Assembly (NCBI GenBank): GCA_004431415.1 | Contig: QPMI01000411.1 | Span: 248,001 to 312,000, forward strand | Reading direction: 5' to 3' | Source of the DNA: Cyanophora paradoxa CCMP329 | Lineage: Eukaryota; Plantae; Glaucophyta | DNA: 64,000 nucleotides | Translations under genes and position numbers: made by a program | Shown here: piece after piece, positions 35,253-45,871 of the stretch | How the letters are laid out: each line of letters starts with the position of its first letter | Numbering within the stretch: the stretch's first letter is position 1 | Notes under the pieces: generated by a model | Databases searched by the model: none | The model's input: the letters and a program-made list of their open reading frames with translations, nothing else | Told to the model about the DNA's origin: nothing

Positions 35253-37633
35253 ATGTTCGCGTTCCGGGCCGCGCTGCGTCGTGTTGCGGAGGCCGCGACG
35301 CCCGGTGCGCGGGTTGCGCCCGCTTCCTCCCCGCGCGTCGCGTCGCTCACCGGGCCCGCAGCGTTTCGGCAGTGCACGAGGCAGTTCCGCGTGCACGGCG
35401 CCGCGAAGGACGCGGCGAAAGAGTCAACAGATGTAAGCGCAGCTCTCGAAATTGCCCGCGGACTGCGCTCGTGCCGCGCGCCTGACTTCTCGCGGCAGAC
35501 CGCGTCGAGCGCCAGCCCGTCGTTCGTGCTGGCGCTCCGGGAGCTCGGCCTGGCGTGCGCGTCGCTCTACGCGGCGAGCGCGCTCATTGACGACGTGAAG
35601 GAGCGCATCGAGCGCGCCGACCTGCTGCAGCAGCTCAAGCAGGAGGTGCGGGCGCCGCGGCGGCACCGCCGGGGCGGGCCCTGACCGGCGCGGCGCAGAT
35701 TCCCGGCTTCGTGGACAGCACGGGCCGCTTCAGCGGGGCGCTGGGGGAGAGCGTGGAGAGCGAGAGCCGGTGGAAGGCGGTGGTGGCCCTCTCGGGCTCC
35801 GCCGCGCTCCCCGCCATCGCGACGATGCTGCACGTGCCCCTCGCCAAGGCCGCCGAGGCCCTCCTCCCCGCCGCCGCCGCCGCGTCCGCCCCGCCCCGCA
35901 CCGCTCTTCCCTCCCCCGCCCCGCGGCTGAGGCGCGGCGGGGGCGCAGGGCCAAGCCGGCGCCCCCGCGGAGCGCGCTGGCCGTCGTCGGATTCGTCGCG
36001 GCGCTCATCGTCACGCGCCAGGCGCCGCCCCCCGCCCGCCCCCCGCCGGCGCCGCGGCGCGGGGAGCGAGCGCGGCAGCGTGCGCAGGTGACGATGGCTC
36101 GGGAGGGCCTGCGGGAGCAGCCGAAGGAGCTCTTCAACTTCACCGCAGACGCCGTCGACGCCTGCGCCGCCGCTCCCATCGCCCACGTGCCCCGCCCGGC
36201 CCCGGCCCCGGCCCCGGCCCCGCCCCGGCCCCGCCCGCCCCCGGCGACGCCGGCCGCAGGAGATCTTCTTCCGCGGGCTGGTGATGCGGCGGCTGATCCC
36301 GGCGGTGGGCCTCTGGCCCGCCCTCCTCGCCTCCACGCTCCTCTCCGTCGCCTCCTCCACCTACGACCAGGCGCCCCCGCGCCCCGCCCCGCCCGGTGCC
36401 CGCTGCTTCGCTGAGCTCCGCTGCGGCCCGTCCGCCCGGCAGATCCGGCCCTACCAGGAGATGATCCGGAACCCGCCCACGTCCAACGACGAGGCCATCG
36501 TGCAGGCGCGCCCCGCCCTTCCTCCGCCCTCCCGCCCCGTCCGAGGCCGGGGGCCCTCTCAGGAGCGGCCGGTGAACGTGCCCTTCTACACCGCCAAGCG
36601 CGCCCTCGCGGAGGCGCGCTCTGCCCCGCCCCGCCCCGCCCGAACGCCGTTCCCGACCGCGGCGGTGCGCAGGCGGCGTCGAAGCGGGACTGGGCGGCCG
36701 CGTGGGGCGCCGCCAGCGCGGCCTTCAAGGTGCTGGCTGCGCCCCGCGAGCCCGCGGCCGCTGCTCCGCATCTTAGATCGAATCTTTCTCGCAGGCGTCG
36801 ACATCGGAGTCGCCCCTGGGGGTCCCCCGCGACGAGTGCGCGCGGGGCGGCGGCGCGGCCGGCCCTGCCCCGGCCTTCTGACGCCGGCCGCCTCGCCCGC
36901 GCAGGTGGGCCGAGGCGGAGGCCGACGAGGCGAGGCGGACCTCTCTCCTCAAGGCGCGCCCCCGCCCCGCCCCGCCCCCGCGCCCCCGCGCTTCCCCCGG
37001 CTCGGTTGCCTCACGGGACGGGGCGGCAGGCGATCAAGATGTCGTACAAGACCGGCAAGGGCGACGACCGCAAGGAGGTCGCCCTCTCCGGTGCCCCCTG
37101 CCCCGCCCCGCCCCGCCCCGCCCCAAGCCCGCTGCTTGCCGATCCCTGCTGGCGCAGACGCGAAGGGGAAGACGGGGATGCGCCTCGCGGCGCAGGTGGA
37201 GGAGGACATGGCCCGCGCGGAGCAGGCGCCCCCCGCCCCCCCCGCCCTGCCCGGCCCCGCCCGGGCGCAGCTGACGGCGCGGGAGGGCAGGCGCGGCAGC
37301 AGCTGCTACAGCACTTCGCGGAGCGGCGGGAGGAGCAGCGGAGGGCCTTCCTGCAGGTCGGCGGCGGCCTCTTCGCCCTCGACCCCACCGGCGGGCCCAC
37401 CGCCGGCACCGTCTGGCGCGGCCTCGTCGTGCGCGAATTCGATCCGCTCGAATTGATCTCAGGCTCGCGCGTCCTTCCAACTAAGAGTGCGGGGGCAGGT
37501 GCACGCGCCGCCGTCGCTGCTGTACGGGACGGCGTTCGCGGCGCTGGGGGCCTCGCTGCCGGCCGCCGTCGCCCTGCACGCCGCCGTCGCCTCCGCCATC
37601 TACTTCGAGGAGCGCCTCCACCTCGCCTACTAG
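35253..37633 (+). CDS. CPBP/Abi (type II CAAX protease-like) membrane protein, degenerate, with putative mitochondrial presequence
   Basis: N-terminus MFAFRAALRRVAEAA is Arg/Ala-rich. The spliced motif AAPIAH-EIFFRGLVMRRL...GLWPALLASTLLS resembles CPBP motif 1 (APxxEExxFRG), and C-terminal GASLPAAVALHAAV resembles motif 4. Stop TAG at 37631-37633. Confidence 0.6.
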
Positions 37634-37924
37634 CGCGCCCCGCCCCCGCCCCCGCCCCCTCCAGCCCCGCCTGCAGCTGCCTCAGAGCGGGCGCGCGCGC
37701 CGTGATAGTGGACGCGCCGCGCGCGCCGCGCATTCGAATGCAATGCGCATGCGGGCTCGCCGGCTCGTGAGCTCGAGGGTGCCTCACGGCGATCATGTTT
37801 CTTTCCGGAGTGAAGCAAGGGGGAGCCTCGTAACTAGGGCGGTTCCAGGTTTGTAAGGGGACAACAGGGGCCGCGGAGGCGGGCGGGCGGCCTCGCGGGC
37901 CGGCCGGGCGGGGCGGGGGCGGGG

Positions 37925-39714
37925 CTAGGCCTGGATGAGGCGGATGTCGAGCTCGCGGAGGATGGCGCGGAAGACCTCGCGGCGGGCGAGCTCCGAGGGC
38001 CCCAGCGCCGCGATGATCGGCTCCAGGTGGTGGTCCGACTCGTCCAGCAGCACCGGCGTGCACTCTGCCCCGCCCCGCCCCGCGCCTCAGCCGGGCGCAG
38101 CCGCAGCTCGGGGTGGCGCCCGAGGTCTCTAAGGCCCAGGAGAGCGTCTTCTAGTAGGGCGCCGGGGGCTCGCTGGAGGGTCTGGGGTCGGGGCGGGGCG
38201 GGGCGGGGGCGCACCGACGTGGACGCCGGTGAGGACGGCGAGGCCGCGGCCGACGCGGCAGAGGACGGCCGCCGCCGGCTCGCTGCCCGTGTGGCCCGCC
38301 GTCGACGAGAGCTGCCGATCCCGCGTCACCATCCACGCCCGGTCGTTCTCGTCGCGGTAGGTCGGCACGCCCTCGGCCAGGTGGTACGTCCCCGGCTGGT
38401 GGTGCGGGTGCCCGTGCCCGTGCCCGCCGTGCTGCTGCTGCTGCTGGTGCAGCCGCCCGTGCAGCGGGTCGTGCAGGTGCGGCTGCAGGCCGCCGTGGGC
38501 GTGCCCGTGGCCGGCCGTGTGCGCGTACTCGTGCCCCGCGTGCGGCTGAGGCTCCGGCTGGCGGACGCCGCCGGACGGCTCCTCGATGCTCGCCGGGCGG
38601 TGCACCGCGTGGTCCCCCTCGTCCGCCTCCTCCCGAGTCTCCGTCTCCGCCAGCTGGTACGCGTCCGAGCGCAGGTCCAGGTACCGCCTGCGCCGCCCCA
38701 AGCGCGCGTCGGCGCGGCGCGGCGCGGCGCGGCACGGCGCTCGGGCGGGGGCGAGAGCGCACGCGATGACCGTGACGTCCTTAGGGAAGTTCTCGGGATC
38801 CACAAAGATGCAGCCGCCGTTCAGGCTACGGCGCGTGAGGCGCCGCGGGGCGGGGCGGGGCGGGGCAGGGGCGGGCGCGCACTACATGGCGACCTCGACG
38901 GGCTGCTCCATGACGGGCTGGAGCCACGCGAGGGTCACGCAGCGCGCGCCGATGTTCGAGTCGTACGAGAAGGTGCCCGGGCCGCTCGCCGGGCCCCGCG
39001 CCACGCCAGGGAAGGCGCCGACCTCGCGGTCGATGACCACCTGGTACGGCCCCGTCTTGTCGAACTCGGTCGTCTTCGAGCAGAAGTACGCGCCGGCGCC
39101 GATGCCGAGTACTGCGTGCGCGTCCGCATCGGCGCGGCGCGGCGCGCGGTGCGGGATCGGGGCGGACCGCGACCGCCCTGCTCGAGGAACTTCCTGATCA
39201 GCTGCTGGCCGGCGGTCCCCAGAGCCGACGCGTACTTCCCGGATCGACCGCCTGGAATGACGAGCGCCCACTGCGATGGCAGGCCGCGTCATGCCACAGA
39301 GCGGAGGTGCGGCTGCGAGCGCAATGACGAGTGCGGCGGGGCCGCCGCGCGCTTCTTACCGTCGAGTCCAGCCACTCGCCTTTGAGCAGCTCGTTGTGGT
39401 CCACCGTCCTTACCCTGTGCGTCCGCGGGCAGACAACGCGCTGCGCACAGGTCGCGGCCCTTAGGCGCACAGGCGTCGCCGCGTCCTCCGCATCTCGCGG
39501 CCCACCTGGAGCTGCTGGATGAGGCTATTCAGGAGGAGAGGGAAGACGCCTTCGTCGTTGTAGACCAGGACGTCCCTGGTCTATTGAGGGCGAACAGGTC
39601 AGGCCGCGTACAAGCAAAGGACGCGTCAGACCGTGTGGCTACCAGTTCGTCGTCGTCCACCGTCGGATCGGCGCTCGCTTCCTCGCTCGCGTCCTGCGAA
39701 TCGCCCTTAGGCAT
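37925..39714 (-). CDS. Stand-alone biotin-protein-ligase N-terminal (BPL_N, class I GATase-like) domain protein with His-rich insertion
   Basis: VYNDEGV; IPGGRSGKYASALGTAGQQLIRKFLEQGG-VLGIGAGAYF...EF; REVGAFPGVARGP...FSYDSNIGAR; NGGCIF; AAAVLCRVGRGLAVLTGVHVE. Stop TAG at 37925 with no BirA-type catalytic domain following. Confidence 0.8.
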
Positions 39715-40614
39715 CAGCCGCGATGGCGCGGGGCCGGCTTGATCTGCACGTCCCAGGAAGGTGCTGCGTTGCTCACCGGCTTCATCTCTGCGTTTGTCCC
39801 ACCGCGATAAGCGCCTCCTCGATCTGACAACCGCGGCAAAGTTCGCTGCCTGGAGGGGTACGTGTTCGTGAGCCACTTGGCTGCGCGCAGCCGGCCGCGG
39901 CGCCGGCGCCGATCGTCATGCACGATCAGCTGCAGCTGCCCGGCCCTACCGTGACGAAGTAGCTCGACCAGCTAGCGCTGCTGATCGATTCAAATTCTTA
40001 CATACGCACTGCGCGCGGCATCGTGCGCATGCCAACTCGTACGAATTCGAAGCGCGAGCTATAGCGCGCGCGCGAGCTATAGCGCGCGCGCTAGCGCTCG
40101 AGCTCGCAGCTGCGCATGACCCCCGACCTTGGTTTCGAATTCCGAGGTTCCGTTGCAATTGCATCGTCGACGTCTGACGGTCGGACGCTTCCGCTCAACA
40201 GCTAGCTAGCGCTGCAGGTGTAGAAGCCTAAGTGACCATCATCCGTCCCAAGCTTCCGTCCCAGGCCCGACGCCCCAGCCCACCCCACCCCAAGCAATCA
40301 GATGTGTTTGCGGTTAGGTCCTGTATTCTAAATTGGACACGGGCCAGCCTGGCCTACAATACATGTTGGAAATTTGAAAGGGTATCTTAGCAGCTGGGCT
40401 GCAACTAAAGCAGGGGACATCGCAAAGACGATTCTGTGATTGGCGCTCTAGCTTACGTTACATGAAAATCAAAGCACTAATCTCCCCGAAGCTGCAAGGC
40501 GCTGAGGGCGCGGCTGGCCCGCGCCAAGGGGCGCGCGAGGAAGCGTTTTTAAGCCGAACTCGGAATGTATAGCATGTACAGTCGCGGCCTCAGCGTCGCT
40601 CGCTGGGCCGGGGT

Positions 40615-43600
40615 CTACTTGCGGAGGGGCTTGCCGCCCTTGCGGTTGATGGCGATGTCGAGGACCTGGCCGCCCTCGACCGCCGCGTAGCCGCCGCGCA
40701 CGGCGTGGCCCGGCGACCGGTTCGCCCGCGCCGCCGCGCCGGCGCCGAGCTTGCCCTCGTCGTGCGCCGCCTCCTCCTCGCCGAGGCTGGCGCGCGTCTG
40801 GGGCGACGTCGACGTCTCAATGGGCGGCAGCCGGCGGGGCATCGAGCTGGTCGCCGTGCTCAGGGGCGCCTCCGCCTGCGCCTCGGCCGCCGCCTCCTCG
40901 GCGATGGTCGAGGGCTCCTGGGAGCGGGCGCGGCGGGACGAGCCGGAGCGGGGGACGCCGAGCTTGGCGTCGCGGCTGCGCTTGAGCTCCGCGTTCACCT
41001 CGCCGAGGGCGGGGTTGACGAAGACGACGCTCTTGCCCGTCGCGCCGGCGGCGTCGGTCGACTCGGCCGCCCGCACCTCCATCGACGGCGAGCGCAGCGA
41101 GACGGGGCTCCGCGGCGACGAGGCCCGCGGCTGCTCCGCCTGCTCCTCGGGCTCCTCGGGGGCGACGGCGTTGTTGGTGGCCTGGAGGCGGCGGAGCGGG
41201 TTCCACTGGCTCTCGCCGCGCTTGCGGAGCGAGGGCTGGCGGGTGAGGACCGACGCCATCTGGGTCACCACCGCGTCCGCCTCCTCGTCCTGCTCGCCGG
41301 CGGGGGTCGTCGAGGGGGCCTTGCCGAGGGCGCGGGCCTTGACCGCCGCCGCCGCCGAGGCGCGCACGCGGGCCACGGCGCGCTGGCGCCGCACGACGAA
41401 GATGCCGACGACGACCGCGATGACGACAACGCCGCCTGCGCGGGGGCCGGGCCGTCAGCGCGGGCCGGAGGGGGCGGAGGAGAGGGTGCGCGGCGGGGCG
41501 CACCGACAATGCCGGCGACGCCGGCGGCGACGCCGACCGGGAGGCCGGCGATGGTCTGCGGCTGCGCCTTGCTGCTGGAGATGCGGTCCACGGTGATCGA
41601 GGTGCCGAGCATGCTCGAGGCGCTGTTGAGGGCGAGGCCCTGCGCGTTGGCCGACGCCTGGAAGTGGTCCAGCGCCAGGCCGACCGACTCCTCCATGCCG
41701 GCCGGGGCCCGCACGTTGGCCGTCAGCTCGAGCGCGTCGTCAGAGGCGGCGGCGCGGAGCCTGCGGGCCGGCTTCTTGCTGTTGCCGCCGCTGCTGCCGC
41801 CGGTGCTGGTGCTGGTGCTGGTGGCGGTCGGGACGCAGCGGATGGTGGCGAGCTTGACCGTCGCGGCCGGGACGTTGAGCACGTTCTTGAGGTCGTTGAG
41901 GATGGCCTTAGCGAGGTCGCTCGTGAGGGCGCTGCAGGGGACGTTCTGGAGCGAGACGGTGAGGGTGCCGACGCTCGAGAGGGTCGCCGTGCGGGGGACG
42001 GCGGCGCTCGTCGGGATGGACGCGTCGTCGACGTAGTCGGCGAGGTCCGCGTCGGTGAAGAGGGCCGCCACGGGGATGTCCGTCGCAGCCGTCGAGGCCG
42101 CCTTGCCCGCCGCCGGCGACGTCTTCACGAAGGCGCGCGAGGCGGCGAGGGGCGAGCCGGTGAGGCCCGAGAAGGCCTGCACGACGTCGATGAAGTAGCC
42201 CGAATCGGCGGCGAGGCCCGAGATGGTGGCGGTGGTCGCGCCGTCGGCGACTGTGACCTTGACGGCCGCGCCGCCGGCCAGGGGCGTCGCCGAGGCGACG
42301 GTGGTGGTGGTCGGGGCGGCGTTGAGGCCGAACATGGCGCCGGGGACGGTGCCGGGGAAGGCCGCCGCGCTGAACGCCCACCGTGTGAAGCTGACCGTGA
42401 TCGAGGCCGCCGTCTGCGCCGTCACGGACGAGGTGATGCCCGCCGGGAACTCGACCACGCTCGTGGCAGCGCCCAGCTGGCGGGCCTGCGCGCGCCAACG
42501 CATCAGGCGCCGGCCCGCGCGCCGGGGGCCGGGGCGGGGGCGGGGCGGACCTGGCCGGTGCGGACGAGGACGAGGCGGACGTCGTAGAAGGTGCCGGCGA
42601 AGACGGCGCGGTTCATCTTGTACGAGTCGCCCACCGAGACGAGCAGCGAGGCGTCCTCGTACTTGGAGAGGGCCTCCGACGCCCAGCGCGCGCTGTTGAT
42701 CGCGTAAGACTTGCCGTGCTCGTAGAGGCCGACGGCCCAGTCGCGGCAGCCCTTGTACTTGCGCGAGTAGCCCAGGCCGTCGGCGAGGTCGTCGTCGTCG
42801 GTGCCGGCGTCGGCCTTGGCGAGCAGCGTGCGGCGGCCGGCCACCGGCTGCGTGCTCCCCGCCTGCGACGGGCCCCACTGGATCCGCACAGTCGTCACGT
42901 TGACGAGCGTCGCGGTCACCCACTGCGGCTGCAGCCGGCAGCCTACGCGAGGATGCGCGTCAGGCGCGGCTCGCCGGGGCGAAAAGCGATGGCCGCGCAC
43001 CGAACTCGTCGAAGCCGGGAAGGGGAGTAGCCTTGGGGGCCTCAGCAGCCGGCGCCGGGGCGGCCGGGGCAGGGGTCGAAGCCGCCGGCGCCGGGGTCGA
43101 GGCGGCCGGGGCAGGGGTCGAAGCAGCGGGCGCCGGGGTCGAGGCGGCCGGGGCAGGGGTCGAAGCAGCGGGCGCCGGGGTCGAGGCGGCCGGGGCAGGG
43201 GTCGAAGCAGCGGGCGCCGGGGTCGAGGCGGCCGGGGCAGGGGTCGAAGCAGCGGGCGCCGGGGTCGAGGCGGCCGGGGCAGGGGTCGTCACCGCGGGCG
43301 CCGGGGTAGTCACAGCGGGCGCCGGAGTCGTCTCAACGGGCGCGGGCGCCGGGGTAGTCACAGCGGGCGCCGGGGTAGTCACAGCGGGCGCCGGAGTCGT
43401 CTCAACGGGCGCGGGCGCCGGGGTAGTCACAGCGGGCGCCGGGGTAGTCACAGCGGGCGCCGGAGTCGTCTCAACGGGCGCGGGCGCCGGAGTAGTCACA
43501 GCGGGCGCCGGGGTAGTCACAACGGGCGCCGGAGTCGTCTCAACGGGCGCCGGAGTCGTCACAACGGGCGCCGGGGTTGCGGGCGCAGGCGCCGGAGTCG

Positions 43601-45871
43601 TCTCCACGGGCGCAGGAGCCGGGGTCGTCACAACGGGCGCCGGGGTAGTCTCGACGGGCGCCGGAGTCGTCTCAACGGGCGCCGGAGTCGTCACAACGGG
43701 CGCCGGGGTTGCGGGCGCAGGCGCCGGAGTGGTCTCCACGGGCGCAGGAGCCGGGGTCGTCACAACGGGCGCCGGGGTAGTCTCGACGGGCGCCGGAGTC
43801 GTCTCAACGGGCGCCGGAGTCGTCACGGGGAGTGCAGTCGGGGCGACGACGGGGGTGGCGGCGGGGGCCTCGGTCGGGGCCGGCGCCGGAGGGGGGGCCT
43901 TGGAGGTCTGGGTGGAGGCGGGCTCCGAGTTGGGCGAGATGCCGGCCGAGTTGGTAATATTGCCGTAGCACGAGTAGACCGTCTCCGCAGCCAGGCCCGA
44001 CACCTTGATTTTCTGCGCGCGCACCGGCACCGTTAGCCCCGTTCGAGCGCGGGGCGCGGAGCGGCGGCCGCACCTGGTCCCAGGTCTCGACACCGCCGGC
44101 GGCGAAGATGTCGGTCGCGACGGCGACGCTGGCGCCGCCCGCGGACGGGCCGCCGGCCTCGGGGGCGCAGCTGACGATGGCGCGGGTGACGGGGGAGCCG
44201 TTCTGGTCCGCCTTGGACCACGAGAGGGTGACCTGGATGGAGGACGAGTCGATGGCGGCGACGGTGGCGGCCGGCTTGTTGGGCGCCGCGGCGGCGCTGG
44301 TGGCGGCGGTGAAGGCCTTGGAGGCGGGCGACTCCTTGCCGGCGACGTTGCGCTGGTTCGCCGTGCACGAGTAGTCCGTGCTCGCCACGAGACCCTCGAC
44401 AACGGCGGTCATCTCGGAAGAGCCTTCGGCGACGGCCGCCTCAACGACCGGCGGCTGCGAGACACCCGTCGCCGAGCACGTGATCTTCATCGCGGCGACC
44501 TGCGGGACGGGGCGGTCGGTCGCGGCGGCGTGTGCGAGGGCGGGGCTGCGCGGACCGGGTTGTGCACGAACGCGAGGGAGTCGTAGGCGACCTCGTTGAT
44601 GGTGAGGGCGTTGGGTGTGCCCGCGCCCGAGTCGCCCGAGTTGATGGGGTAGGTGATCTTGAGGGTGAAGGTCTCGGGGGTCGCCGCCGTTTTGCTCGCG
44701 ATGGTCGGCAGCAGCGGGTGGGTCGTCACGCCCGAGACGTCGCTCGAAAAAGCCGTGTTGCCGGCGAGGTCGGTCACGTACACCCGCTGCGCGAAGGCGT
44801 CGGTGGCGGGCGACGCTGGTGCAGGCGGGCGGGCGGGCGCACGCAGGTGTACTGGGTCGTGGGGGCCATATTGGGAACCGTGACGGTGGCGGGGGTGGCG
44901 GCCCCGGTGGCGCCGGCGATGGTGGAGACGGAGCTCTTCGTGCCGCAGATGGCGATGCACTGGCCGCCCGCGCCGATGCCCGAGTACGAGATGTCGATCT
45001 TGATCGTCGTCGTCGGGAGCCGCGGGTCCGCCGACGCCGAGACGATGCGGACGCTGGTCGTCACGGGCGCGCCGGTGTCGTCCAGGGTCGTCGCGGAGAT
45101 CGCCTCGCTGTCCGCGAACTTGTACTCCGCGTTCCTCAGCGCCGCCACGCACGAGTACTGGGTGCCCGCCGTCAGTTCCGGCACGTCGATCTGTCAGGGG
45201 GCGGTCAGGGGCGAGGCAGGGCGAGCAAGGAGCGACAGCGCGAGGCAAAGCACACCAGAGCCGAGGTGTCGCCCGAGGTCACGGAGAGAGTCACGGTCTT
45301 CGTCTGCTGGGTTGCCGCCGACGTGCACTTTGCCTGGACATCCATGTACCGAACAAAGCCCGCGATGCTCGTGTCCTGGGCCGGGAAGGTCGCCTCGACC
45401 TTGAGTTGCGTGGCGCTGACCACGGTGACTTTGGCGGTGGGCTGGGGCGGCAGGACGTTCGCGACGAAGCCGATGGAGCCCGCGCTGTCAGTGAGCGTGC
45501 AGTAGACGTTGCGCGAGGGCACGAAGCCAGTGCCGAGGACAGTGGTGCCGATGACGGTGATGGTGCCCTGGGCGGCGACGCAGTTCGAGGTGCAGGCGAC
45601 CTTGCCGGCAACGCAGGTGCCGGTGACGGTCCCGGAGGCGCCGCTCACAGTTGTCATGAACCCATCCGACAACTGCGCCACCGCGTGAGCAAAGCAAGAG
45701 AAGGGGAGGCGGGGGCCGGAGTGGCGGACCGGCGTGATGGTGCCCCTACTAATGGCGGACACGGTGCCTGGACAAGAGGGATCAGCTGTGCAAACCGAGG
45801 ACGGGGCAGCTTTGCATACCGATAAAAACGGCCAAGAGAAGAAAGGCACGAAGGGGTGACATCCTATTCAT
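40615..45871 (-). CDS. Type-I membrane protein B: signal peptide, Cys-containing FN3-like repeats, Thr/Pro mucin-like stalk, further FN3, SEA-like module, TM, tail
   Basis: Signal MNRMSPLRAFLLLAVFI-GTVSA; repeats such as VEGLVASTDYSC, VSGLAAETVYSC, PELTAGTQYSC; TM PVGVAAGVAGIV-GVVVIAVVVGIFVV-RRQR. Stop TAG at 40615. Confidence 0.83.
43050..43830 (-). repeat. Coding minisatellite: 21-bp units (STPAPAA about x10; TTPAP[A/V]V and TTPAPVE variants) with higher-order duplications
   Basis: Two synonymous 21-bp variants alternate (42-bp period) at about 43070-43290; longer duplicated blocks occur at about 43300-43830. Confidence 0.92.
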
